Shown piece by piece: positions 53,531-62,365 of a stretch of DNA of 64,000 nucleotides. Position 1 is the first letter of the stretch. The number at the start of each line of letters is the position of its first letter. The notes beneath the pieces were generated by a model. The model was given only the letters and a program-made list of their open reading frames with translations. It was not told the origin of the DNA and did not search any database. The position numbers and the translations under genes were made by a program. Origin of the DNA: a virus. Lineage: Duplodnaviria > Caudoviricetes. Location: positions 1,395 to 65,394 of the IMG/VR virus record IMGVR_UViG_3300046004_001292; one strand, 5' to 3'.

Positions 53531-53899
53531 ATGGGATACAGATCAGAAGTAGCGTACGTCATCAAGTTCGACACCATCGAGCATCGTGATGCCTTTGTCA
53601 CGCTCGTGCTGGCCAAGAACGACCCGATTGTGACGGAGGCCATCAACGACACGACCCACGATCAAACAGATGACCCCGTCATCACATTCAAGGCGGGCGA
53701 TGTGAAGTGGTACGACAGCTACCCCGATGTGCAGGTGCACCACCAAATGATGCGCGACGCGACCGAGCTGTACGAAGCCGAGTGGCGCTTCGTACGCATA
53801 GGGGAAGAGACCACCGACATCGAAGTGCAGGAGGAAGGGCACGAGTTCGAGCTGTGGGAGTACGTCGATCCTGTCAGCTCCATCCGCACAAGTTTTTAA
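53531..53899 (+). CDS. Hypothetical acidic protein
   Basis: MGYRSEV...VKWY..YP.V...FVRIGEE..DIE. Confidence 0.75.
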   Translation: MGYRSEVAYVIKFDTIEHRDAFVTLVLAKNDPIVTEAINDTTHDQTDDPVITFKAGDVKWYDSYPDVQVHHQMMRDATELYEAEWRFVRIGEETTDIEVQEEGHEFELWEYVDPVSSIRTSF

Positions 53900-53923
53900 T
53901 CACCAACCCAAGGAGAAGCAACC

Positions 53924-54889
53924 ATGTTTTCATCATCCATTCACACGCTGCCCAGCATCGAGACGTGGGAGGCAGCACACAGCACGTTCAACAACACGCC
54001 GCGCCCAAAAGGCCCACGCAGCACACAGAAGTGGAACGACAACCAACGCCCGCTCAAGGACAACCGCTCGTGGCACTACCGCATCGAGCGCATCAACGAG
54101 GGCGAGTACTACGATGTGATCCTGCACAGTACCGTGATGGCACGCTACTACAAACCAACAGCAGACGGGCGGCGCGTGCTGTACACCGGGCACCCCTCCA
54201 ACATGAGCAAACAGTTCATGCGCCACGTGCTCAATGTGCGCCATCAAAACACGTGGATGACGACGGACGGGCGCACTGTGGCAGTGCCTATCGCCAACAG
54301 AGACAGCATCCCAGACAAAGGCTCCTCGTTCAGCGCTGACCTGTGGCTGGTTAAGCATGAGGTGCTCTACGGCCTGCGCCTCGACGTGGCCAAGTCATCG
54401 CACACAACACACTACGTCAAGCGCATGAGCCCCGACGACAAGGCCGCGCACAAGCAAGCGCGGGCCAACATGGAGAACCTCATTACGCTGGCCTGCATGC
54501 GCATACCCGAATTCCTTGGGCGTGTGTACCTCGACTACGACTTGCTCGAACCGTTCCAAGGGGTTGACGTAGATTATGCCGAGCGTGCCGCGTTAGATTC
54601 GCTTGCATCAGGACAGTTCGCCGCACTCAAGCCGGAGTCACAAGAAAGGCACATCGCTGAGTTCATGCGACTGGCCGAGGATGTGTTCGACTACGAGGCG
54701 GTCAAGGTGGCGGAGCGCTACCCCAACGAATCCATACTGGAACACGTTACAGAGAAGACTCTGGCTGACGCGTTGTGGAGAATAGCCAAGCGAGAGTGCA
54801 GCACCCTCAAGCGCAAGTCCGACGCCATCCAACTGGCCCCGTTCATGGACGTGAAAGACTTCCCCAACACAGCCACGCCCTACCCCTGA
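53924..54889 (+). CDS. Hypothetical protein
   Basis: GGAGAAGCAACCATG start; 321-aa ORF. Confidence 0.75.
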   Translation: MFSSSIHTLPSIETWEAAHSTFNNTPRPKGPRSTQKWNDNQRPLKDNRSWHYRIERINEGEYYDVILHSTVMARYYKPTADGRRVLYTGHPSNMSKQFMRHVLNVRHQNTWMTTDGRTVAVPIANRDSIPDKGSSFSADLWLVKHEVLYGLRLDVAKSSHTTHYVKRMSPDDKAAHKQARANMENLITLACMRIPEFLGRVYLDYDLLEPFQGVDVDYAERAALDSLASGQFAALKPESQERHIAEFMRLAEDVFDYEAVKVAERYPNESILEHVTEKTLADALWRIAKRECSTLKRKSDAIQLAPFMDVKDFPNTATPYP

Positions 54890-54935
54890 CGTATCAGGGA
54901 GAGAAGGAACGGTCATCAATCTTTTTGCAAAGGAG

Positions 54936-54965
54936 TTGTCAAACAATGGACAAATGATATACACT
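54936..54965 (+). promoter_or_regulatory. Putative promoter with overlapping TGTCAA-N4-TGGACA operator
   Basis: TTGTCA -18 nt- TACACT upstream of the AAA ATPase gene. Confidence 0.5.
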
Positions 54966-55039
54966 ACCTCATCAGTTGTTTTTAACCCCGTGAGACCTCT
55001 GTGTCTCACACAATTTTTCATCACTAGGAGTTCTCAATC

Positions 55040-56164
55040 ATGAACAAAATGCTTTCTTTCACTCAAGTCCTCAACCTCATCGCCGCTGTTGGCGACAAGC
55101 GTACCGTCATCGTCGAGGGCGAGAACGGCATAGGCAAGACCGCGCTGTTCCACGCGCTCAAGAAGCACCCCAAGTTCGCTGGCCACATCGCAGTTGACCC
55201 CGTCGATTGCACACAGTTGTCCGATGGTTCTGTGTGGATGCCTGACCTCGACCGCGAGAACGGCGTGTCACGTGAGTTGCCAAACGAGCGCTTCGGTGTA
55301 TCGCGCACCAATCAGATGGGTGTCAACGATGCCAAGCCAATCATGGTGTTCCTCGACGAGATCGCCAAGGCTCCGCAGTTCATCAAGAACGTGCTGGCCC
55401 CGATCATCTACGAGCGCCGCGTGGGCAACTACCACATGCCCGAGGGTAGCGTGGTGTTCTGTGCAACCAACTTGGCTGTTGAGGGTCTTGGCGATAGCAT
55501 TCAAGCGCACCTGCGCAACCGTCTCGTGTTCGTCAAGATGCGCAAGCCTACCGCTGGCGAGTGGGTGCAGTGGGCCATCGACAAGGGCGTCAACGCTTCG
55601 GTGATCGCGTTCGTCAACAGCTACGCGCAGGTCATGGACTCGTTTCTCGACTACGAGAAGGGCGGCAAGCACGAGGGCAAGCAGCAAGACAAGGACAACG
55701 GCTACATCTTCAACCCTCGCTCGATGGCACTGGCCTACGCTACGCCGCGCAGCTTGGTTGCAGCGGGTGACGTGCTCGATGCTGGTGACGGTGTGCTCGA
55801 CGATGACACGCTGGAGGCTGCGTTGATCGGTACGCTGGGTGCCACGACTGCCGAGGCGCTGTCTTCATTCGTACGCTTTGGCCGTGACATCTGCTCGCTC
55901 GAACGTGTGCTCAAAGACCCTGCGACTGCGCCGCTGGCCGACAACCCCACTGCTCAGCTTGTGCAGGTGTTCCAGTTCGTCTCACGCGTTGACAACCGCG
56001 ACGATGCGGCCAAGGTTGTTGAGTACGTGCTGCGCATGCGCACAGAGATGCAGTCGATCTTCTGCAACAGCGTGGCCAACTCGTCCAACATTGCGCACTA
56101 TGTGTCGTTGACGAACTTCGGTTCGCTCTTGGCATCGCACAAGATTTTCTTCAGCACGAAGTAA
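55040..56164 (+). CDS. MoxR-type AAA+ ATPase
   Basis: GENGIGKT Walker A, VFLDE Walker B, ATN sensor I, LRNR Arg finger and TPRS. Confidence 0.9.
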   Translation: MNKMLSFTQVLNLIAAVGDKRTVIVEGENGIGKTALFHALKKHPKFAGHIAVDPVDCTQLSDGSVWMPDLDRENGVSRELPNERFGVSRTNQMGVNDAKPIMVFLDEIAKAPQFIKNVLAPIIYERRVGNYHMPEGSVVFCATNLAVEGLGDSIQAHLRNRLVFVKMRKPTAGEWVQWAIDKGVNASVIAFVNSYAQVMDSFLDYEKGGKHEGKQQDKDNGYIFNPRSMALAYATPRSLVAAGDVLDAGDGVLDDDTLEAALIGTLGATTAEALSSFVRFGRDICSLERVLKDPATAPLADNPTAQLVQVFQFVSRVDNRDDAAKVVEYVLRMRTEMQSIFCNSVANSSNIAHYVSLTNFGSLLASHKIFFSTK

Positions 56165-56167
56165 GTC

Positions 56168-56509
56168 ATGAGCACAGTACGCGCAATGAACAAGTACGAC
56201 TATGTGGCTGAGAATATAGTCATCGAGGAGCTGCTGCGTACCCCGAAAGGGGCGCTGCGGCTCGACGCTAAAGCGGCGTACAAGGAGGGGTGGGCAATGC
56301 TCTCCGTGTACGCTTACTGGTACGACAAGGTGCTGGCCGGGAAGCTGCTGGCCGGGAAGCCCGCTATGGTTCAACGCATCATCTTGCACCGCATGTTTGT
56401 GCCGCGTGACACGCCCAAGGCGGAGAAGAACCGCATGCTGCGAACCATGTGCGATCTGTTTGCTGTGAAGCACGGCACTGAGTACGCACTGAGGAGTAAG
56501 CTGAAATGA
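56168..56509 (+). CDS. Hypothetical protein
   Basis: Coupled ORF between the ATPase and vWA genes. Confidence 0.55.
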   Translation: MSTVRAMNKYDYVAENIVIEELLRTPKGALRLDAKAAYKEGWAMLSVYAYWYDKVLAGKLLAGKPAMVQRIILHRMFVPRDTPKAEKNRMLRTMCDLFAVKHGTEYALRSKLK

Positions 56510-56856
56510 CGGACTCGCTGTACTCACTGACGCGCCCACGCACCGATCTGTACTGCCGCAACATAGACGGGGACATCGTGATCGTGTCTAGGATATGGAA
56601 GGGTGTTGCCAAGGGCAAGACCGCCGTGTCTCTCTATGTCGGGCGCGGCGTCAAGGACAAGGTGGTGCGCCTGATACACCGTCAAGTCTTCGACAACGCC
56701 ACGCACACGAAGGCCATGCTAGAGGCAGCGCGTGACACAGTCGCCCACTTGTGGGCGCTCCACTACGGCATAAGCGATTATGTTGTGGTCTACGAAGAAC
56801 CTCTCACCCGAGAGCTATTTCACCCCACTGAACTTCAACAGGAGAAGCAACCATGA
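56506..56856 (+). CDS. Hypothetical protein
   Basis: GAGGAG RBS; ATGA coupling. Confidence 0.6.
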   Translation: MTDSLYSLTRPRTDLYCRNIDGDIVIVSRIWKGVAKGKTAVSLYVGRGVKDKVVRLIHRQVFDNATHTKAMLEAARDTVAHLWALHYGISDYVVVYEEPLTRELFHPTELQQEKQP

Positions 56857-58043
56857 GCTTTGACAAACTTACCCCCAACCAGAAAATCCAAGCGTGCAAC
56901 ATCGACGTGATGCGTCACCACAAATTCGCGCTGCTGTCCGGCATCGTGTGCATGGGCAAGTCCGAGGCATGTGATGACATGCCCACTGCTGCAACCAACG
57001 GCAAGGACAAGATGTACGGCACCGCGTTCATCAGTGACCTGACACGCAAGGAGCTGCGCTTCGTTGTGCTGCACGAGAACTTCCACGTGGCGCTCAAGCA
57101 CTGCGTCTTGCCAGCGTACATTGGGTACAGCAAGCGCTTCGGTCCGCAGATCAACAACGCGGCCATGGACTACGTGGTCAACGGCCTGATCGACGAGCTT
57201 GACCCTGACCGCAAGTTCATGGACTTCCCCGCCAAGATCAGCGTCTTGTTCGACGAGAAGTTCAAGGGCATGTCGTACCCGCAGGTGCTGCAAGAGTTGC
57301 TCAAGGATGCTGACGAAGAGCAACAGCCGCAGGCCATGGACGACCACCAGATGAACGGCGAGGGTGGTGGTGACCCCATGACGCCCGAGGAGTCCGAGAA
57401 GCTGGGCAAGATGGTCGACGATGCCAACCGCCAAGGCGAGTTGCTTGTGCGCAAGATGCGTGGCGATAAAGAGGGTGGCCGTGACATCCTTGGCACAGCG
57501 CAGGAGCGCGTGACCAACTGGCGCGATGCGTTGCAGGACTTCATCAGTTCTGTGTGCGTTGGCGACGAGAACTCACGCTTTTGCCCACCTAACAAGCGCT
57601 TGCTTGCGTCCGGCTTCATCATGCCTTCGCACTTCGACGAGAACATTGGCGAGATCGTCATTGCGTGTGACACGTCAGGCTCCATGCACTGGGCATACCC
57701 TGTTGTGTTCGGTGAGGTGGCGCGTATCGTGCAGAACACACGGCCCGACAGCGTGCGCATGCTGTGGTGGGACACGGAGGTGTGCGGCGATCAAGTGTTC
57801 AAGCCCGAGCAGTACCAAGACATTGCCACGCAGCTTGCACCCAAGGGCGGTGGCGGCACTGTTGTGTCATGTGTTGCTGACTACGTGGCCGAGCACAAGA
57901 TCAAGGCCAAGGCTGTCATCATGCTGACCGATGGCTACATCGAGTCCGACTACCGCATGACCGACATGCCGACCTTGTGGGGTGTCGTGGACAACGAAGA
58001 CTTCATGCCACGCGCAGGCAAGGTGTTGAGGATTCGTCCATGA
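56853..58043 (+). CDS. Metallopeptidase-vWA protein (DUF2201-like)
   Basis: TAATNG, LHENFH (HEXXH), N.AMDY.VN, MIDAS DTSGS, GGGGT and LTDG. Confidence 0.88.
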   Translation: MSFDKLTPNQKIQACNIDVMRHHKFALLSGIVCMGKSEACDDMPTAATNGKDKMYGTAFISDLTRKELRFVVLHENFHVALKHCVLPAYIGYSKRFGPQINNAAMDYVVNGLIDELDPDRKFMDFPAKISVLFDEKFKGMSYPQVLQELLKDADEEQQPQAMDDHQMNGEGGGDPMTPEESEKLGKMVDDANRQGELLVRKMRGDKEGGRDILGTAQERVTNWRDALQDFISSVCVGDENSRFCPPNKRLLASGFIMPSHFDENIGEIVIACDTSGSMHWAYPVVFGEVARIVQNTRPDSVRMLWWDTEVCGDQVFKPEQYQDIATQLAPKGGGGTVVSCVADYVAEHKIKAKAVIMLTDGYIESDYRMTDMPTLWGVVDNEDFMPRAGKVLRIRP

Positions 58044-58264
58044 GCGAGCCTGAGCTGGTCAAGTGGAAACTGTGTAAACCCGTCACGGTGGACATGTTTG
58101 ACTTCCGGGTCAGGCGTGTGCACTTCGGGGCACCTTACATGTACGCAGTGGAGGCCAAGCGCCCCACAAGCGTCGTGTACGTGCTGGCTGAGTTCACCAC
58201 CAGTGCGCCTCTCACCAACGCGTTGCGTGATACGTGCATCAACCTTGTGAGGTGTGCAGCATGA
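58040..58264 (+). CDS. Hypothetical protein
   Basis: ATGA coupling. Confidence 0.5.
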   Translation: MSEPELVKWKLCKPVTVDMFDFRVRRVHFGAPYMYAVEAKRPTSVVYVLAEFTTSAPLTNALRDTCINLVRCAA

Positions 58265-58521
58265 GCAAAGGCATTGACTTCGACTTCCGCCCGAGGGGGC
58301 AGTACCGACGAGGGGAGCGCCCCCTTTTTGTCAGGCCCCCGTTCAACCAATCAGGGCAGATCATCTACGGCACCTACTCGGAGCCGGGCTTTAGCCCACC
58401 AGTCGTGGCATTCATGCACGACTTCTACGCAGTCAGCGCTGACGAGCAACGGCAGATGGTGCAGAGCACGATCTTGCTCTGCGAAATGATGTACCACCAA
58501 CAACTGGAGAACCAACCATGA
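58261..58521 (+). CDS. Hypothetical protein
   Basis: ATGA coupling. Confidence 0.55.
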   Translation: MSKGIDFDFRPRGQYRRGERPLFVRPPFNQSGQIIYGTYSEPGFSPPVVAFMHDFYAVSADEQRQMVQSTILLCEMMYHQQLENQP

Positions 58522-58745
58522 ACCAACCGATACCCAACGCACTGGCCAACACGGTCTTGCTCGCAGATCACGACGAGGCAATACAACGCGCAGTCGTCGA
58601 TGCAGTGGAGAAGATCATTGTGAACTACTTACAGCTCAACATGCAAGTAGTCAGCACCAACATTGTCTCGTACCAACAAGCCCACATTGAGCGCATTGCT
58701 TTGCGTGCGCTCAAGTATCACTTCACCAACGCAAGCAACATCTGA
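58518..58745 (+). CDS. Hypothetical protein
   Basis: GGAGAACCAACCATG start. Confidence 0.65.
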   Translation: MNQPIPNALANTVLLADHDEAIQRAVVDAVEKIIVNYLQLNMQVVSTNIVSYQQAHIERIALRALKYHFTNASNI

Positions 58746-58760
58746 TAAGGAGAACCAACC

Positions 58761-59639
58761 ATGAACACAACTCGCTATAACCTTGATACCTGCGCCATGC
58801 TCACCGAATTCAACGCCAGCGTGTGGACCGCACGCAAGCTGGACAGGGGCGCAACAGACGAGATCGTCACATCCAAGAACGCTGCGGCCAAGGATGCAGC
58901 ACGCGTCAACAAGCACCTGCTTGCAGGGCGCACAGAGCTGGAGGTTATTCAACAGATGATTGGCCGTGCTCGCACCTACGTGTACGACCACACGCTGCCA
59001 TGGTCTGACTCGGGCCTGCGCTTGCTGCCTACTGCCAACTTCGAGCGCTTCGCTACCAAGATGAACGGCTTCGAGGACGAGTTCGCATTGATGGTCGAGT
59101 CGTTCGTCAACATCTATCCCACGCTCATTACAGCGCAGGCCATGGCCTTGGGTGATATGTTTCAGCGCAACGACTTCCCTTCACAGAACGAGATCATGAC
59201 CAAGTTTGCCTTCCGTGTGAACTACCTGCCCGTGCCTACTGCGGGCGACTTCCGTGTGGACGTGGGCAACGCTGCGATGGACGACATCAAGGCCAAGCTG
59301 GAGCGCATTGCACAAGAGCGTGTGGACGCCGCCATGCAGGACGTACGCCAGCGCCTCGGGGATCATTTGAAGCGCATGTCTGACCGGCTCACCACCGACT
59401 ACGTTGAGGGCGAAGCCAAGGCCCGCAGGTTCCACGACAGCCTTGTCGATGGTGCCTTGGAGCTGTGCGACTTGACCAAGACACTCAACGTGGTCAATGA
59501 TCTGGACCTCGAAGCCGCACGCAAAGCCCTTGAGCAGACGCTGTGCGGCGTTGACCCCAAAGACCTGCGCAAAGATGAAGCGCTGCGCCAAGACACCAAG
59601 AAAGCCGTTGATGACATCCTCAACAAATTCTCCTTTTAA
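58761..59639 (+). CDS. DUF3150-like protein
   Basis: WTARKLD, TLPW.D.G.RLLP, YP..I..A and DFRV motifs; near the AAA/vWA genes. Confidence 0.7.
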   Translation: MNTTRYNLDTCAMLTEFNASVWTARKLDRGATDEIVTSKNAAAKDAARVNKHLLAGRTELEVIQQMIGRARTYVYDHTLPWSDSGLRLLPTANFERFATKMNGFEDEFALMVESFVNIYPTLITAQAMALGDMFQRNDFPSQNEIMTKFAFRVNYLPVPTAGDFRVDVGNAAMDDIKAKLERIAQERVDAAMQDVRQRLGDHLKRMSDRLTTDYVEGEAKARRFHDSLVDGALELCDLTKTLNVVNDLDLEAARKALEQTLCGVDPKDLRKDEALRQDTKKAVDDILNKFSF

Positions 59640-59640
59640 G

Positions 59641-60090
59641 TTGGAAGACTTGAAGATAGACACGGTGCCATTAGCTAGGGGTTTCCTACCGCAAGCGACT
59701 TGGTACGCACGCTTCGTTCTTGCTGATACGAGACGGATCGCGGAGCTGACATCGTGGCGCGACAAGATAGGCGTTGTTGGCCATATCGAGTTGGCTGGCC
59801 GCTCTTGGCTCAACCCGGACAAAGTCGGATACAGCGCACGTATCGGGAGCTTCAGCGTGCGTGTTGAGCTTAGAGACTATGTTATCGACGACGCGCTGAA
59901 CTTAGAGGACGCGTTGTGGTTCGCATGCAGGGAACTCAACCCAATGCTGGAGACGTTCACCACGTTGTTCGGCATCAAGAACGACATCGACATCGTTGTC
60001 GAACACGGGCTTCGGCCTGTCAACAAGCTGTTGCACAACATCGTGCAACCTTTTAGGCAAACAACTCCGAAAGGAAGGTTCACACTATGA
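59641..60090 (+). CDS. Hypothetical protein, start uncertain
   Basis: Open frame filling the gap; ATGA coupling at the 3' end. Confidence 0.4.
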   Translation: MEDLKIDTVPLARGFLPQATWYARFVLADTRRIAELTSWRDKIGVVGHIELAGRSWLNPDKVGYSARIGSFSVRVELRDYVIDDALNLEDALWFACRELNPMLETFTTLFGIKNDIDIVVEHGLRPVNKLLHNIVQPFRQTTPKGRFTL

Positions 60091-60248
60091 ACACGAAATT
60101 CTTGACCCTCGCCCGTAAGAACTTCTGCAACGACTGGGCACCAGTCCATGTGCAGCGACACAACATGCGCCAGTGGGCTCGCTCGCTGCGCCTGCTCGGA
60201 AACAAGTGGCTGCTTGCCACCCCCATCAATCAACCCGCAACCAAGTAA
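60087..60248 (+). CDS. 53-aa hypothetical protein (not in ORF track)
   Basis: MNTKFLTLARK...RHNMRQW.RSLR.LG.KWLLA. Confidence 0.6.
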   Translation: MNTKFLTLARKNFCNDWAPVHVQRHNMRQWARSLRLLGNKWLLATPINQPATK

Positions 60249-60260
60249 GGAACGGTCATC

Positions 60261-60839
60261 ATGCCAGACATCAAAACCGCGCTTGAGCAAGCGCTCGCAA
60301 AAGCTCAACACGCAACCCAGCTCCCTACCGATTGGGACGACGAAGGCGGCGAAGCCGCTATCGAATCCATCACCACCAAAGCTAAGGAGGCAACCATGCC
60401 CAGACAATTCTTCACCACAACCAACAACGTGACACGCGCCACGTTCGACTTCGTACTCAACAACCCCGGCAAGACCCGCAAGGAAATTCTCAACGCGCTC
60501 GCTGCGCAAGGCTACAAACAGGGCTCCACGTCCTCACTGATAGGCCAGTTCACAAAGCAGGGGTACATCGTCAACCGTGACGGCTTTATGTTTGCACAAC
60601 AGGCGGAGTACAAGCCCTTGAAGACATCGCAGCGCAAGGCCGCGCAAACCCCCGCACCAAAGGCAGCACCAAAGGCATCACCAAAAGCCACACCGAAGGC
60701 AGCACCAAAGCCAAAAGCCAAACCAGAACCCGCGCCGCAGATCAACGCTGCGTGGGATGCCGAGACCCTGCTCAACAACCTGAGCATCAAGCAAGCGCGT
60801 GCGCTATACGATGAGCTGCGCAAAATCTTCGGAGGCTGA
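60261..60839 (+). CDS. Winged-helix-like protein with PKA-repeat linker
   Basis: FDFV..NPG.T...STSSLIGQ...GYI, then APKAAPKASPKATPKAAPK. Confidence 0.7.
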   Translation: MPDIKTALEQALAKAQHATQLPTDWDDEGGEAAIESITTKAKEATMPRQFFTTTNNVTRATFDFVLNNPGKTRKEILNALAAQGYKQGSTSSLIGQFTKQGYIVNRDGFMFAQQAEYKPLKTSQRKAAQTPAPKAAPKASPKATPKAAPKPKAKPEPAPQINAAWDAETLLNNLSIKQARALYDELRKIFGG

Positions 60840-61036
60840 CATGAGCGAATGCCAACACCGCTGGGAGCCCGTCGAGGGGCCGGGTATGTACAAGTGCGCC
60901 CGATGCGGCGCGTTCAGGAGGATCATCAAATGAACGAAGACGAAGACAAGCCAACCCCGGCTGACGGGCAGTTGATCTGGATACTGTGGGCCTTCATCAC
61001 GTTGATGCTGGGCCTGTTGACATTGAGGAGTTGTTT

Positions 61037-61552
61037 ATGACCAAAGACGAAGAACTGAGGCAACTGATTGAAGACCTTATCAGCGCGATGGAGTATCACG
61101 TTGAGCAGACAAGGCCAATCCATAGCACCACCGTTGCGCTTCAAGCCGCAAGGGAGGCGCTAAAAACAATGCCAACATCTTTGGTGTGTGATTGCAACCA
61201 AGGTCAGGTGTGCCACGTATGCGACCCAATTACCCCACCCGCACAGCCATCACCTGTGCAGCCTGTGGGGACGTATGGGGAAATCCATGAGTCAATGCAA
61301 GCCCTATTGAGAAGCGGACTGCAAAGGGATCAGCAAATCTACATGGCGATGAAGGACAGACCCCTCTACACCACCCCACCCGCAGCACCTGTGCCGCTGA
61401 CGGATGAGCAGATTGATGAAATAGTTAATCGCTTAGACCCACTATTTCTTGATGTGCCACAAAGTTTTACAACAGACTTTGCCCGCGCCATCGAAGCCGC
61501 CCACGGCATCCGAGCCATCGAAGCCAAACTCAAGGAGAAGAACAATGGATAA
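61037..61552 (+). CDS. Mosaic hypothetical protein (TPPA / VQPV modules)
   Basis: GAGGAG RBS; MTKDE start; EAKLKEKN end. Confidence 0.7.
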   Translation: MTKDEELRQLIEDLISAMEYHVEQTRPIHSTTVALQAAREALKTMPTSLVCDCNQGQVCHVCDPITPPAQPSPVQPVGTYGEIHESMQALLRSGLQRDQQIYMAMKDRPLYTTPPAAPVPLTDEQIDEIVNRLDPLFLDVPQSFTTDFARAIEAAHGIRAIEAKLKEKNNG

Positions 61553-62213
61553 AGACGAAGCATTGAAGCTAGCAAAAGAATGTGGCGCAACGACATACAC
61601 AAACCGTCACTATCCTGACGCAACAGCCGTGACGTTTAGCCCCATTGCGTGGGAGAAATTCTGCAAGCAAGCCCTTGAAGCACCTGTGCAGCCTGTGGCG
61701 TGGGTGCTGCTCCGTGAAGACGAGGACGGCTTTGAACCTATCCAGTTTTACGGCGGCAAGGAAAAGCCCGAAACAGCGGGGGAACTCAAGCCGCGGTTTA
61801 CTTTACGCCCGGTCTGTTTTGCTGACACCACCCCACCCGCACAGCCAGCACCTACTGTGCAGGAGCCTGTGGCGCTGCATGCAATGGCAAAACGCCGGGT
61901 TTTTGATGCGATCCGTGGCGCATACGACCTCGGCTACAACGATTCCAGAGGCGCACGAGCAGCTCATGGCGACTCTGCGCCGGGCTACAAAGGCCGAGAC
62001 GTTGAATCGGATCACGGCGGCGCTCTGATTTCTGCATTGGAGCGCTACACCACCCCACCCGCAGCACAGCGACCTTGGGTTGGGCTGACGGATGATGCGA
62101 AGCTGGACTTAATTAGCGATGCCAAAGGGATTGGCGGTCGTGTTCGATCTGACGCGCAGTTGCTGGTACTGTTGGATATGCAAGAAGCCAAACTCAAGGA
62201 GAAGAACACATGA
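61545..62213 (+). CDS. Mosaic hypothetical protein (TPPA / QEPVA modules)
   Basis: MDKDEALKL start; EAKLKEKN end. Confidence 0.7.
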   Translation: MDKDEALKLAKECGATTYTNRHYPDATAVTFSPIAWEKFCKQALEAPVQPVAWVLLREDEDGFEPIQFYGGKEKPETAGELKPRFTLRPVCFADTTPPAQPAPTVQEPVALHAMAKRRVFDAIRGAYDLGYNDSRGARAAHGDSAPGYKGRDVESDHGGALISALERYTTPPAAQRPWVGLTDDAKLDLISDAKGIGGRVRSDAQLLVLLDMQEAKLKEKNT

Positions 62214-62365
62214 CCAAAGAAGACGCACTCAAACTGATCAAGCTGCTGTCCGCGATGGAGTCGTGGGCGTTCAGCACCAAGACCCAACTGCCCGACTACC
62301 TGCACGAAGACCTGTGTCTTGCTGTGGAGAAGTTGGAGAAAATTGTTTTGAAGGAGAAGCCGTGA
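62210..62365 (+). CDS. 51-aa hypothetical protein (not in ORF track)
   Basis: MTKEDALKLIKLLSAMESW... Confidence 0.6.
   Translation: MTKEDALKLIKLLSAMESWAFSTKTQLPDYLHEDLCLAVEKLEKIVLKEKP

Larger units (their letters stand above)
48681..55009. repeat. Dispersed palindrome family GTGAGAC-N5/6-GTCTCAC (8 copies)
   Basis: Copies start at 48681, 48876, 49145, 49385, 50676, 51383, 53491 and 54990. Confidence 0.9.

Noticed and set aside
48681-55009. GTGAGAC repeats as a CRISPR array or as cloning (BsaI/BsmBI) scars
   Set aside because: Spacing is irregular (about 200-2100 nt), there are no constant-length spacers or cas operon, and some copies are embedded in-frame in genes.
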